Counted from the stretch's first letter, positions 12,963-27,000 are shown. The stretch: DNA of 64,000 bases from Octopus vulgaris (GCA_951406725.2 OX597814.1:105028001-105092000), one strand, 5' to 3'. Made by a program: numbers and translations. Notes: generated by a model not told the origin, from the letters alone.

Positions 12963-14577
12963 CAGTTGCGGCCAAAATGTTCAGAACGGCATTGTTTTCG
13001 CCGGAAAAGTAGATATAACTTTTTATCAAAGTTGTTTTCTGTTCTATAATTTTCACAGACAATAAATACAATATGAATTGTTATTGTCTGAGATTTTGGT
13101 GTAATTTGAGAGGAATACGAAAGTTATGGATGATTTAGTGATTTACTGCAAAACCCATGGCGGCCAAAATGATCAGAACGGTTGAAAAAATAACAAAATA
13201 ATAAAAAATGACAGAGAATACTGAAATTATTTAATATTTAGTGTGAAGCCCTTTAGCTTCAATCACACTTTGACATCTTCGACTGCATGAGGAAATTAAA
13301 TTTTCAATTTCTTGCTAGGTGATCTTATTTCATTCTTCCTGAAGGGCATTCCATAATTGCTCGGTTGTTTTAGGATTTCTGGCTTTCGAACGTTCTCTTA
13401 GAATATTCCACACATTTTCAATAGGATTGAGATCTGGGCTTTGAGCAGGCCAATCCATAATAATAACCTTTTCAGCCTTGAGGAAGTTCATGACCACCTT
13501 AGCCTTGTGACATGGGACATTGTCCTGCATGAATATGGGTGGTCGCTTAATTGAATTTCTCAGCACAGGCAAGACATGATCATTTACAAGTTGTTTATAA
13601 ATTCCTGCATTTACCTTTCCGTGTAATCGCACTAAAGAGCCCACACCACCTCCAGATATCATCCCCCAAACCATGATACTTCCTCCACCGAATTTATCAC
13701 TAGTCTTAAGGCATTTAGGCGACAATTTTTCACCTACTTTTCGACGAACGTACCTTTTCCCATCTGAGCCAAATAACATAAACTTAGATTCATCACTGAA
13801 ATGCACCGTTTGCCATTTTTCTTGAGACCACAACACATGTTCGGTTGTAAAGGTAAGACGACACTTTTTATTTTTGGAGCTGATCAGTGGCTTCACTCCA
13901 GGTGATCTTGCTTGTAGGTTATGTTCAGCTAAACGATGAGACAACGAGATAGCGTTTTCTTCAGTACAATGCTCATTTCCCGAGAAACAGCAGCAGCAGT
14001 TTTAAATGTCCTTTTTAACCAACTTTACCATAGCACGATCTTCTCTCTTGGTCGTTTTTCTTGGCTTACCTGAAGACTTCCTTGCTTCACACGAACCACA
14101 ATCATCGAATACCTTAAGAATACCGTGAACAACACTTTTTGACTTGTTAACAATCTTTGCAATAGACCCAATACTTAAATTATCCTTCTTTCGAAGCTTA
14201 ATAATCTGTTGACGAATTGGTAACGGAGTAAGTGGCATTATATTAACAAAGTACACTGCAGATATTCTTACTAATGTTTAGTAAACGAACCATCACGTAA
14301 ACAAATTCAAACCATTAGAGTTCGCCAGTAAAAATTTACTAAAACACGGAGTAAAAGCAACCGTTCTGATCATTTTGGCCGCCATGGGTTCTGCAGTAAA
14401 TCACTAAATCATCCATAACTTTTGTGTTATCCTCTCAAATTACACCAAAATCTCAGACAATAACAATATCGTATTTATTGTCTGTGAAAATTATAGAATA
14501 TAAAACAACTTTGATAAAAACTTATACCTACTTTTCTGGCGAAAACAATGCCGTTCTGAACATTTTGGCCGCAACTG
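12963..14577 (-). mobile_element. Tc1 (DD34E) DNA transposon with IR-DR terminal repeats
   Basis: About 220-bp TIRs (12963-13184 and 14358-14577) begin CAGTTGCGGCC and are flanked by a TA duplication. Each TIR holds two GCGGCCAAAATGWTCAGAACGG direct repeats. Confidence 0.95.
13236..14238 (-). pseudogene. Tc1 transposase, disrupted
   Basis: N-terminal HTH region (MPLTPLPIRQQII...), then FSDESKF, FMQDNVPCH and SPDLNPIENVW with D-34-E spacing. There is a frameshift/deletion near 13950-14005 and a premature stop at 13330. Confidence 0.9.
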
Positions 14578-15075
14578 TATGTGTCTGTGTATGTATGTAT
14601 GTGTGTATGTATGTGTATATGCATGTATATATGTATGTGTGTATGTATGTATGTTTATGTGAGTGAATACCAAAAGTTGAGTAAGTTTAAAGACCTTGAA
14701 ACAGAACTGGCAAAATGTGCGACTGAAGACTAGAACAATGGCCGTTGTTGGTGCTTCCCTCGGAATAATAGCAAAACATTTGATAGAGGAAGAATATTTC
14801 GAGTAATTCAACAAATATTTTGAATGGTAACAGCAACAACAACAACGCATTTACAGATATATGTTCTACATTGGATGATACTTCCATCGTCACACAGACA
14901 AAAGTTTCAGACTTAGAAAATGTTTCTATAACAAAACAATTAACTGGGAGAATTGTGTAAAACAGGGATTGCTTTACCCCAGGGTGTAATCCAAAACTAA
15001 GAGAAAAATGAGATTTGTACTTTGAAAAGAATGGCAACAGTTTTCCAATTCCTGTGGAGACATCTGTTAAAAGCA

Positions 15076-16460
15076 TTAGAATGAAAATCGGGTGAAATTT
15101 TTTCTCAACCGATCCCGTCTTTAGTGGACGGCGTAAAGTACGACATCTGAAGAGAGATTAAGGTAAATGGCCACTGATAGGAACCATGCAGTATTAATTG
15201 CATGGTTTGCTAGGATTTTCGCCTCTCGTCTCCTCTGTATTTACTAAATCTTGATATACTATTGTGGAAGCTAGAGAAGGGTATCTCTTGCACGATCTAG
15301 GAGGCAAAATCGCTGTATCGGTATTTGCCGATAATGTTACTGTAAAAGCGTCGGGCAGCGCAGAACACCGAGAGGGATCAGTGCCGTCCTGAGAAACAGC
15401 GTCTCGCTGAGGGGAACCCTATTTAAAAAAAATTCTCGATGGGCTTGCGGCTAGATAGCTGAATAGGGAGTTCAATGCTGTTCAATAGCCTTGTTAGGCG
15501 CTGGATGGATCGGTTAAATTGCTAAGGGTCTGCTTTGGTCCAGAGGTCCAGTTGGAGAAGATTTGCGTGGTGATGAGTCGAGTAGTTAATGTCACTCAGA
15601 AATGGAGCTCAAACGAAGCTAATCCTGAATGCTGTGGTGGCGACCCTACATCATCTTCATTATCAATTACCACTTGGTAATCGTACCTAGTCCTAGTTTA
15701 CATTTCGCTAGACTGATGCCTGTGCTCTTCCTCTTCTTATGGTAGGGACACTGGTGAGGCTCTCAACATCCTCTACATGAAGATCTAGACATGCTGTGGA
15801 TGATGATCCGCAGCCATACGCTGAGGATGCGAAATATCCAGGAAATTCTTGACGGGGAACTGGGTTCGTCGCCGTTTGTCTGATGCGTTTTGTCCTAGGT
15901 CGTTTCCTTCATATAACTTCAGGTCTTGGTCAGGTGCCTGCCTGGCACTAAAAGTGTCATAAATTACTCACAGCCTTCTATTGCATGGCCTATGCGATTG
16001 GTGGATATCCCATGTTGGGGTTTTATAGGTACAAACAAAAGCGATGACATTCATGAAGGAACACTGGATACCAACGAAAATCAATAGGGTAGTCTATTTC
16101 TGTAGATTTTCCATCCAGAACCCATATATATTCTTCAGAGGACACTGGCCTGAGAGTGCAACCAAGCTGTATTGCTTGTTCGAGATAAACTCTGCAGAGA
16201 CTGAAGTGCCATCTGCTGGCATGTTCAATATTCGCCCAGTGAGACGAAACTGCTCTGCACTCACTCTTCTAACCTCCGAATATTTCCAACTTGCAAAGTT
16301 GTGTAGAAAAACTGTTATCACTTATAGGACGGATCTGTCTATCAGCTGAGCCCATTATGAAGATCTTCCCAGCGCCTTGTTTTTGCTGGAAAGGGCAGAC
16401 AGATTTTAGCTGTCAGCTGGCTGCAGTGAGGAAATCCTGTGGTGGACGAAATTGAAACGG
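15076..16460 (+). mobile_element. Highly decayed Tx1-like ORF2 fragment
   Basis: Residual similarity to 6250-7500, e.g. GGGCTTGCGGCTAG, TTTGGTCCAGAGGTCCAGTTGGAGAAG, CATGCTGTGGATGATGAT. Confidence 0.6.
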
Positions 16461-16788
16461 TTGATGACAGAAGGAAAGTACTGCTGTCGATGACAACGAT
16501 GAACCTCACCCAACACCTCATTCAAAATTGCTAGACTTGTGCTTATACCAGAAATCCTTGTTGTTATTGTTGTTGCTCACACTCACGCAATAGAAGCACT
16601 TCTACCAGGTCTTTTGACCTGCTAGAAATAACAGCCACGTTATATCATGTCATATCCCAACATCTAAACTCAGAAAGAATATGTTGAACAAGATAGTCCA
16701 ACATGCCCTAAAAGTTGGGATGGTCACAACTGAAACAGGTTTATTTATAGCTCTCTCTCACTCTCTCTCTCTCACTCTCTCTCTCACA

Positions 16789-16835
<47 letters not shown>

Positions 16836-16872
16836 CCTTCAACTGTAGCTAATCTGGTACTAAATAACTCTT

Positions 16873-17055
16873 TGTACTATAGGCACAAGGCCTGATTAGT
16901 TTGGGAGAGGGGATTATTCGATTACATCGACCCCAATGTTCAGCTGGTACTTATTTCAGCGACCTCGGCGAAATTTGAACTCAAAACGTACCGACGGTCG
17001 AGATGCTGCTAATCACTTTCTCCCGGCGTGCTATTGAGTCTGCTGTTCACTGCCT
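16873..17055 (-). mobile_element. SINE family B, degenerate
   Basis: GGCACAAGGCCTGA...ACATCGACCCC...GACCTCGGCGAAATTTGAACTC. Confidence 0.7.
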
Positions 17056-18048
17056 TATATCTGTTGCTAAATAAAAGCAATAACACCACTGTCAATAGTG
17101 AATCGTACCAGGAGATGGAGTGTTGGCTAAATCGAAGGATGACAGCAAAGTTATGAGTGGTTGTAACAGAAGCAAATTGTCGTAATGGTTGCTGGTTTGT
17201 CCTCTTGTCACCATTGTTACTCCATCCCAGTTACTGAAATTGGCAGCAGAATAAATAGACCTAAATACATTATTAACAGTTACTCTAAGATACATAATGT
17301 CCACATCATGGAGTGCTTTCAAACATGTTGTGCATAGTTATTTACCACATATCAACCAAGGTGCAAATAAAGTGGAAATTACTGCGGCACAAAACCCCCA
17401 AATGTCAACAATAAAGATTAGCGATAATTCCCACGACTTGGATTGTCGGTAGACTTAATCCACAGTTGTTAATCATACCTGTTTTAAATTCAATCAATTT
17501 ATATTTTAAAACGCAAACATAGATTGCACAGTATTTTATAGATAACGGAATATATTTGAATAATCTAAAACTAATTTAGCTTCATTAATTTTATTTTGTT
17601 AAATTTTGTTAACTCCACAAACCTAATTTTTTTTAGTCAATATGACGACGTGTTGCAGTGTTTTACTTTGCTTCTGTCTTACTGAAAAAAAAAAAAGTTG
17701 AATAAAACGAGGGAAACTTTGTAATGTCTTAGCGTCTTGTACAAAGCGTTTCCTGTCTTGAGATTTCTGATTTAAATCTGCATTTCGTAGCTTTCATAAT
17801 ACAATGCAATGTTTCAATGTATTATATAGGTTGTGAGGAAGCGGCTTTAATTGAGAATTATTACAAGCATTAAAGAACTTTCGACTTCACAACCGATGGT
17901 GTCACAAATGTTTTATTGGACCGGAGGAATTCTAAAATAATTTTGAATATTAAACGGTGTCATTTAAGGAAGTACACAAAAACTTTAGAAGGCGACAGTC
18001 AATTGTTTAAAAGGGATTCATACAGTCTTCTGAAATAAGATTTTTGTT

Positions 18049-18981
18049 ATGATGCGATTTATCTTCTTAGCTCCAATTAAGGCTGACAAGAAAATGAAAC
18101 TAGCCATGATTTTAACGTGTTTCTTTTTACAGCCCTTGTTTGATGACTGCGAAGCAGAAATTATTTCCCCTCCAAAATATAAGCTTAGTCCTATTTCTCT
18201 TGAACACCAGGAAAAGTCAAATATTTTCAAGGAATCACTTGCACTGAATACAACAGATATCAATCAGATCTTGGCTTTCATCAAAGAACATTGTTCATCT
18301 GTGAATGCTTCAGTACGCAGTCTTTTAAAATTATGCAAGAATGACGATCAAAGTAATTCGGTGCAGAAATGGGGAAATAATGCTTTGGGACATTCCAGTG
18401 ATATCAGTCGAAAGATACTGGCAGACTGCAGCGTTGGTGAAAATCTAGAGGCGAAGCAATATTCATACAAACCTGCAATGGCAACATGGGATGTGGAATC
18501 AAAGAATTACCAATATACTAACCGTAGCAATAAAGCTGAACAATCATTCCCTCAAATCATTTCGCCGTCATTTCATTTCTCTGGATATGACGATGTAATA
18601 CGTTCAAATAGAAGTAGGTTCTACATTTGCATTTACCTCACTGGAAGAAATTCAGAAATTCTTCTAAAGAACTACGGCTATAACATTTGTTGCAGTAGTG
18701 AAGAATCGATACTGTCATCCAGTAACTCTAAATCTTTGCGTCAACCTCATAAATATTCTTTACGAGATTTACGACATTTTTCTTTTTTAAACTGGGATTT
18801 ACAATACAATTCCGAATCGGAAACTGTATGTCGGTACCACCTAAGGAAACGTCGTACGTCTTCACTGCTCACTAAAAACAGTTCTGGTTTCTCCCAAAAG
18901 ATAATCAAGTGGGTTTTGTTTTGTTTCATAGAAATATTGGTCCTGGGTTTAATTATCTATAATGTATTGTTTTGTGATTAG
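18049..18981 (+). CDS. Orphan 310-aa ORF with a hydrophobic N-terminal stretch and a C-terminal transmembrane-like segment
   Basis: A 933-bp open frame in AT-rich, non-repetitive DNA. MKLAMILTCFFLQPL lies near the start; LRKRR precedes IIKWVLFCFIEILVLGLIIYNVLFCD at the end. No family recognised. Confidence 0.45.
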   Translation: MMRFIFLAPIKADKKMKLAMILTCFFLQPLFDDCEAEIISPPKYKLSPISLEHQEKSNIFKESLALNTTDINQILAFIKEHCSSVNASVRSLLKLCKNDDQSNSVQKWGNNALGHSSDISRKILADCSVGENLEAKQYSYKPAMATWDVESKNYQYTNRSNKAEQSFPQIISPSFHFSGYDDVIRSNRSRFYICIYLTGRNSEILLKNYGYNICCSSEESILSSSNSKSLRQPHKYSLRDLRHFSFLNWDLQYNSESETVCRYHLRKRRTSSLLTKNSSGFSQKIIKWVLFCFIEILVLGLIIYNVLFCD

Positions 18982-19555
18982 ATATTTGTAATAAATTGTT
19001 CTCCAAAATTATCCAGAGCTCGATTAAACGGATTCCATTGAGACTTGTGCTTCTATTATTTCCTAATCAATACACGTTTATCAAGCACTGGAAGCCAAAA
19101 ATCCAGAATCATATATTGAACTATATTGGAAATTTTCTATTAAAGTAATCTAATGGGACTAATCTAGCGAACTTTCCTCATGTTTTCAATCGATGATATG
19201 GAGAAAACAAAGGTGAGAGATTTTTACACGTTTTTAAAAAATAAAATAACCACGTTTTGATAACTGGTGTCCCAGTCTGGGCTCGCAATGCAAACTAGAA
19301 ATATCTTAGAACAATATCGTTGATACACACATACACACACACACAAATAAACACACGTGCATATATATATTTATATATGCTTTATTAATAAAGCTGCGAA
19401 AACATCATAAAAACTGTCACTCAGAGTTTCACGTTCACGTTTGTCGGACGGTTTTTGTTTCTCAACCAAAGCATATTACTCTACCTCTGGTATTCGAGTC
19501 CTATTTTTTTCCACCTTGTTTCGCATTTATATACTTACTCTGGTACATGTATATA

Positions 19556-19596
<41 letters not shown>

Positions 19597-19783
19597 CATA
19601 CTCTCGTTTTGTCTCAAAAACCATAAAAATACCGCATCTAACAAATTTGTGCTTATTTTATAATGTATCGCAAATTTACTTTCAATGAAAGAAAATAGAA
19701 CATTGCTTGATTGTAATGTTTATAATAATTTTTTTGTTCATATGAAACATATTGTTACTCTAAGTCAAATTGTATGCAAGTTG

Positions 19784-21403
19784 TTAAGGTAAAGATTTAC
19801 GCTTATAGCTTTTCCTGGGCTGTTTATTCTGTGGACAATGTCGCCTGATGCTTCAACAATAGTCAGCCATCATATTTATATCCCATCTACCCTCATACCG
19901 TTCATCCGTGACCTTCGAATCTTGGTGGAATCGTTCACCTTGCTCATCACCAACACCACCGAGGTTTTCCGGAAAATTACCAAAATAGCTATGCAGAAAA
20001 TGCACCTGGATACTAATGTTGCATCCGAGAGCTTCATAGTTCTCCAATAGATTCTGGACAATCTCAGTGTATTTCCTTTCTCATGTATTTCCAAGAAAGT
20101 TCTTGACAAGGTCTTTGAATGATGACCAAGCATTCGTTTCAAGTTCTGACATTGTTTGGATGAAATGTTCATCTTTAATGAGCTACCACATCTGTGGACC
20201 TTCAAACACACCGGCCTTGATTTTTTCAGTTGAAATGCCAGGAAATGTTAAGGTGAAGTACTTGAAACAGTCACCTTCAGTAGGTAAGGCTTTAATGAAT
20301 TGCTTCATGAGACCCAGTTTAATGTGCAGAGTTGAAGAAATTTTCTTTCTGTCAACAAATGGCTAATGTAGAACGTTAGAATCACCAGATTTGAAGTCAG
20401 GTCTTGGAGTCCAATTCTTCTCCACCTGATTCTTCTCTCTAGCTCTGCTGTCCCACATGCACAGAAAGCATGAATACTTAGTGTATCCCTGTTGCTGGCC
20501 AAGAAGGGTGAATACCAGATGATCCAATTGTGTTTGTGATATTGCAACAGCTCAATGACTCTATATTTCTTAGTTCTTCACGAAGACAAACTGAATGTCC
20601 AACTGGAACTGCGCCATATAAATTGCCATTGTTGGGGAGGATACAGTTTAAGCTCCGCTTTGAGCAATCAATAAACAGTCGCCATTCAGTTGAGTAGTAA
20701 ACCGAAATTCCCAATTCCTTTAGTAAATTTTGTACATTATGACAATACACAAAGCACTGCGTAAATGCTCTCTGGATACTTTTGCTTCTTTTTCGAGTAA
20801 GTTTTTCTCATTCAGCCTTGATGCTAGGCGTTCTGAAGCCTTTTTTTGATAATCCCAAATCTCGTGCCAAATCATTCAACTCATTCTGATAGAATCTGTT
20901 ACAAGCTGAGTCATCTCCAGTTTCCAAATCTACCTCATCGCTACCATCATGATCCAGATCTTCAAGAGAGAGAATCTAAGCGAAAACTGGCACGGGGATT
21001 TCAACTGAATGCGGCACTGGACATGTGGCTGATAGGAGACTAGCATACTCGGTTTGACATTTGTTTCTCTTGTTATATCCTGAAGTTTTCACTAAACAAA
21101 AGAAACAGTCTGTGTAAGGATCGTTTGGCTTTCACCAAATCATAGGTATACCAAATGCCAACTTATCACGTGTACCCTTGGTTTACATCCGTAAACTCTC
21201 GACACAATGCTTGCGCACACTGTAAGGGGCTCAAGACTTGTCTTAATAACCAAGTTTTACTTTCAAATATGCAAAATATACGTTCGCTTGACAACTGTGC
21301 TGATGTTTGTCCTTTGACTAAGAATGGTGAAGCTGTCACAGGTAGAGCAAAAGAAATCAGGGCTCTTGAGGCATTTACGATGAGCAACAGCACAAGCAGC
21401 CAT
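19784..21403 (-). pseudogene. Chapaev3-like (CMC superfamily) transposase remnant
   Basis: Across frames: RKCLKSPDFFCSTC, FGIPMIW.KPNDPYTDCFFC, EWRLFIDCSKRSL, LHIKLGLMKQFIKAL, HFLHSYFGNFPENLGGVGDEQGERFHQD, MMADYC. Many stops; TIRs not resolved. Confidence 0.75.
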
Positions 21404-21783
21404 GGTCTGGGCGAAAAGAAATGACTATAAGTATGCCAGCAAAAGAGAAGTTGAGCCGTCACAAGTTTAGAAAAATAATAAGTTACACAAAATGATTGTA
21501 CACCTCTATATAGAGCGGCACACAACTTCTCACCGCATTGTCTCACTTGTGACTGAATAGATAAATTACAAGCAGGATTGCCAGCATAAAAGTATAGAAA
21601 GAAACAAAAAAATAGCCCAGATTTCTATCATAAAAAGCCGATGTCATATGAAAAAGAGCAAGTGTATAAGTTTGACGCTCGGGAAAACTGCTAATTTTTT
21701 TTACGTTTCGAGCCCACGCCCTTCAATAAACAGGCAGAGAATGAAAAAAAAAACTTGTAGATTTCAGCAGCCTAACATGGTGA

Positions 21784-21866
<83 letters not shown>

Positions 21867-21890
21867 AGGTTGAAAAGGAATACACGAGTT

Positions 21891-22583
21891 GACATATATG
21901 GAAAAAAAGGTAGAAAATGCTAAAATAATTTTATGAAGCAACACTTCTGTACCGGTTTCAGTCCTTGAGACTTTTTCAACTCTAAGTATGGAAAACAATA
22001 AAAATTAAAAGAAAAGTTTTTTTAAAAGAATATTTGCATAACATTCAAATACAAGGGGCATTTCTCTCTTGTTTACTCTTGTGGGTCGTTGTGGGTCATT
22101 GTGAATTCTTGGCAGAGAAGCAGAAGAAGAAGAAGAAGAAGAAGAAGAAGAAGAAGAAGAATGCGATAGTGCCATGATAGTAGTAGGATGTTAAATGGTC
22201 AAGTGCCCTGAAAGTGACTTCTTGTGGTTCAATCACTACTACCATCCCCAACAAGTCACTTTCAAGAAGAATGCGGGAGTGCCACTGTCATGGTACTCCC
22301 GCATTCTCCTCCTCCTCCTCCTTCTTCTTCTTGTTCTCTGCCAAGAATTCACAATGACCTCGAACTTACAAGAGTAAACAAGAGAGACTTAGACAGGCAG
22401 AAACAAGGAAAATGCCTCTTGTATTTGAATACTATGCAAATATTCTTTTAAAAACTTTTCATTTAATTTTTCCAAAATGTAATTGTTTTCCATACTTAGA
22501 TTTGAAAAAGTCTCAATGACTGAAACCGGTATTGAAATGTTTTTTATAACATTATTTTACCTTTTTCTACCTTGACTTCTTTT

Positions 22584-22590
<7 letters not shown>
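21891..22590. repeat. About 700-bp imperfect palindrome (Penelope-like inverted terminal pieces) with variant hammerhead motifs
   Basis: 21891 to about 22235 is the reverse complement of about 22250-22590. The element is flanked by GT/TA microsatellites. Confidence 0.75.
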
Positions 22591-22634
<44 letters not shown>

Positions 22635-23010
22635 TACATGTATATATACATGTATATATATATATATACATATATATATATACATACATGCATATATATG
22701 CATATATATATATATATATATTTATATAAATATGTCTATATATATATATATATATACATATAACCATATATATATATATATGTGTGTATGTATATATATA
22801 TATATATACATACATACACACATATATATGCATATATATATATAAATATATATTTATATATATACATATATATATGTATATATGTATGTATATATATATA
22901 TATACATACATACACACATATATATGCATATATATATATATAAATATATATTTATATATATACATATATATATGTATATATGTATGTATGTATGTATATA
23001 TGTATATATA
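22586..23010. repeat. Degenerate (TA)n microsatellite
   Basis: Directly visible. Confidence 0.95.
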
Positions 23011-23442
23011 AATTGATAACTAAGGAGAACAGAGATTTATATATCCAGTTTTATTCTGCAGCCAATCAAATCTTTCCATTTCTGAACCTACATATATTTC
23101 TGCTGCAACTCAGTGCACATTGCAGAATTTTGCATCTTGGCGTTCATCTTGGTGTTCATTTCTGATGCCGCTTCTTCAGAAGCAGTAACTTGATCAGGTA
23201 CAGAACAGGAAAGACGTGATTAACTCCAAAATAAATCTGGATAAATAAATCACAATTCTCCTTAATTATTAGTTCATTATTTCTTCTCTGCCGACAACAT
23301 GCAGGCTCTATAGAGTCATACGGATTTACCGATGTGAAGATCTACTGAGAATTGTAACATAAACTGACTGGAATTCTTGTACACTCACTGAGGTTAGCTA
23401 GCATTAGAATCGTATATCCCTATCAAACAAATTTGGAAATTT

Positions 23443-23487
<45 letters not shown>

Positions 23488-23488
<1 letters not shown>

Positions 23489-23740
23489 TAATAAATAAAA
23501 TATATGCATACATACAAACATATATGTACGTACCTACATCTACATGTATATATACATGCATATATAAATATATATATACACGTGAGTACAGGACACCATA
23601 ACTAGACGTAGAACTCAACGAGAAACGAAAACGGAAAAACCCTTTTTTTACAACAGAAAAAACAGAGTACAGGACATACTACACAAGGAAAAATTCCCTT
23701 CATCAGCTGTCACTAGTTCGGCTCCAGCGTGTTTCGAAGG

Positions 23741-23744
<4 letters not shown>
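23488..23744 (-). repeat. Dispersed repeat family (GTACATGTAGAGGTAGGTACGTACATATATG), probable Penelope-like terminal remnant
   Basis: Related copies at about 51700-51770 (+), 52080-52360 (+) and 53985-54220 (-). Confidence 0.6.
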
Positions 23745-23830
<86 letters not shown>

Positions 23831-24049
23831 AAACGAAAACGTTTGCTGAGAGATACTCTTACGGGCAAACAATACGATTGTGCATATTCAGAGAATAGGC
23901 TGCAGAGAAAAGAACGTAGCATCATAGAGAAAATCTGACTGCAGTTTTGAAATCAGTTAACTTTAGTCTAAATCAGGAAAAAAAAAAGAACTATCAAACT
24001 CAACAGAATATATTTCAAAACTGTTCCGCACTTGAATAGATCTTCTATC

Positions 24050-27000
24050 AAAATGGTTACTTGATGGACAGCTGAGCTTGTTTTCTTGCCATCTAGAAGT
24101 CCAAAATCGTGTTTTCGTTGTTGTTGTTATTGCTATTATGGTTAAGGCGTTTTACTGGCAAAATTGTTAGCACACGTTGTGTCAAAATTTGAAACGATTA
24201 TTATTGAAGGAGGCCAAAAGCCGCAACAACAATCAATGCAGCAACAACCATTTAAAGCAACGTCTTCAACATCAGAATTTCACTACCACAATGACGCCAA
24301 CAACTGTAACGGTGGAAACAAGCAACGCCCGACCATCCTACAGGCGGGCAACACAGATAGAATATGTTCTCCCGACACTGGCGATTCGGAATCCTCCCCC
24401 ACGAAGGACTTTTGTAGGGGGAAAAGCAGAAAAGTAGTTCTAGAAAGGGCTGTCCTAAGCTGAAAGTGAAAAGACAGAACACGGTAAATTCACCTGAACC
24501 TTCAGCTACACTAAAAACAACACCGACACACGCGCCCAAATCCCAGCAATAAAAGCAACTACAACTACAAAAGCACCAAAACAGAAACAAATGCAAGAAA
24601 AGAAACAACAATCAGAAGACTAACTCGTACAACTTACTAGAGAACCCGAATGCCTCATCATCTTCACAGCCGATCGCAGCTTTTCAGCAGCACTTTGCGC
24701 CGCTGTTTTGATAGGGCGATGGGTCGAAGATAGTACTGGACTTTGGTTCGCATCTGGACAGCTTGCCGCGGCTCTCGACAGCTGCTGCGAAGTTATGAGG
24801 AAGGCCAATAACAGTCGCTAGAATTTGGGAGGCGATGAGCCATTGCACAAGTCGCAGATCGCCCGGTTTGGATGATCTGTCCTATTAATTCTATGTATCC
24901 ATGCCTGATTTGTTTGGTGAACTCTTGGCAGACGTCTATCGCAACTGGCAACAGAACAGGAGAATTGCTAGTGCTGTTAGTAGAGGTGTGGTGACACTGC
25001 TTAGGAAAGACGCCGACAATGGAGACGTACTAGAGAATTTTCGGCCCATAACTCTGCAAAACACACAGTATAAACTTTAGCGAAAAGGCTGACGCTTGTC
25101 GTCGGTTGACTGTTCTGAGAAGCGCAAACGTGAGCAATCCTGAGCAGGTCTGTCCACGACAACCTCCACCTTATGCGATACATCATAGGGAAGACCGGGA
25201 CCAAAGTTAGCTTCGGGGGACAGCTCTGATGAATTTAGATCAATCAAAAGCATTCGATAGGGTTGACCATCGCTACCTGGGAGCTGTCCTGAAAGCAGTC
25301 TGTTTCGGATCCGTTTTCAGAGGCTAGGTCACTGCAATGCATAGCGGCATCTGTTCAAGGGTCAAAATAAACGGCCACCTATCGGAGCCATTTGACATCG
25401 CACTGTCGGTCCGCCAGGGCTGCCCGCTGTCGCCTCTTCTTTATATATTGGCACACAAACCACTGTTGCGGAAGTTGGAACAGCTAAGGGTCATCTCTTT
25501 CGAACAAGGACAAGGAAGGGCAGAGTCGGCATACACGGACGATTTCACCGTCATCATGTCGGACGACTCCGAAGTGGAGACGGTCGGCATCATCCTAAGA
25601 GAATAGGAGTCGCTTGCAGGGGCGAAACTCAAACGCCGACAAATCGGTGGGTTTGCAGTTGAGATCCTGGAAAGGCAGTTCGATGCCATCGGACGGCACC
25701 ATCAGACGCTGGACCGACGGAAAAGTTAAACTGCTCGAGGTCTGGTTTGGTCCCGACCTCCAGCTTGAAAAGAAATGGCACGAAGTGGCGAACAAGGTGG
25801 ATAGTCTTACCCAGAAATGGGTTGAGAGGAAGCTGTCTCTGAAAGGTCGGGCAGAGGTGGTGAATGCTTACATCGCCTGCATTATTATTTATCACCTTAC
25901 CGTCATGCCTTGTCCCGGTTACTGTTTGACCAGGTTGGAGCGTCTCTTCTTTAAATTATTGTGGAAGGGACGCAGTGTGTTGCCTGCATCTTCCGAGTGG
26001 CGAGTTAGGCATGCTGTGGCTCCCAATGCGAGGACGCGTTTTTAGATTACGACACCTGTAACGATTTATGGACTGTGAGCATGTGTGGGCTTCATTTGTC
26101 AGGTTCGTCTTTCCGCAGCTCGTTTCCTTGACGAAGCTGAAGCCCTGGGTGAAGAAATGACCGAGACTGGGAGCCTAGAACCTAGAATGTCGTTAGGTGT
26201 TCACAGCCCTCAACCAGTCGGGCAATGGGATCTGTGAATGTTCCTCTTTAGAAATTTATAGAGAGTTAGTGAAGGCGAAGTGTAACTACGACTTCGGGGA
26301 AACTCTGGGCACCGACGAGAACGAACTGGTTAGTCTGTTCCAGAGGAATTTCCGGTCAGGAACTATCATGGATAATTTCCAGATGTCACAATCCTGGCAA
26401 TGCTACCGGGATGGGGAGGGGCTACCGGTTCGAGATAAACTCTAGAGGAACGGATGTGCTGTCAGACGGGCTTGTCCGAGGTGCGCGCAGTGACAAAACC
26501 GTTCTGCACACCTTCGTTCAGTGTCCAGACATTGCTTACTTGAGGGGTTATGTCAAACAGCTGCTGTCACGTGGGGGACGGATCTGTCTGTCGGTCGAGT
26601 CTGTAGTGATGATCGCACTGTTGTCCTCTTTCAATCGGGCAGGCAAGGCAGTTTTCCTTTGCCTGGTGGCCGTGGCGAAAGAGGTTCATTGGTGGAGAAG
26701 GCTGAAAGGCATGAGGACAGATACATTCCTCTTTGGTAGAACTCTCATTGACTTTTTCAAGTTTCACTTGAAAAGGGAATTGAAACTGGAGAGGGGGGGG
26801 TGCAGTGAGTTTATTGAAAAGTGAGTGAAAGTTGCGGAAATGGCAAGAGAGAATGGTACCTCACTAAGTGTAGACCTGTGAGTCGGAGTGAAAGAATTGG
26901 AGAGAGCACTTACGCTTGGGGTTTCAGGGAAATCTCAGACAGTAGGGTTCCTCGATTATTTCTTGTATCAGGAGAGCCACATCTCTCTCATCCTCCCCGC

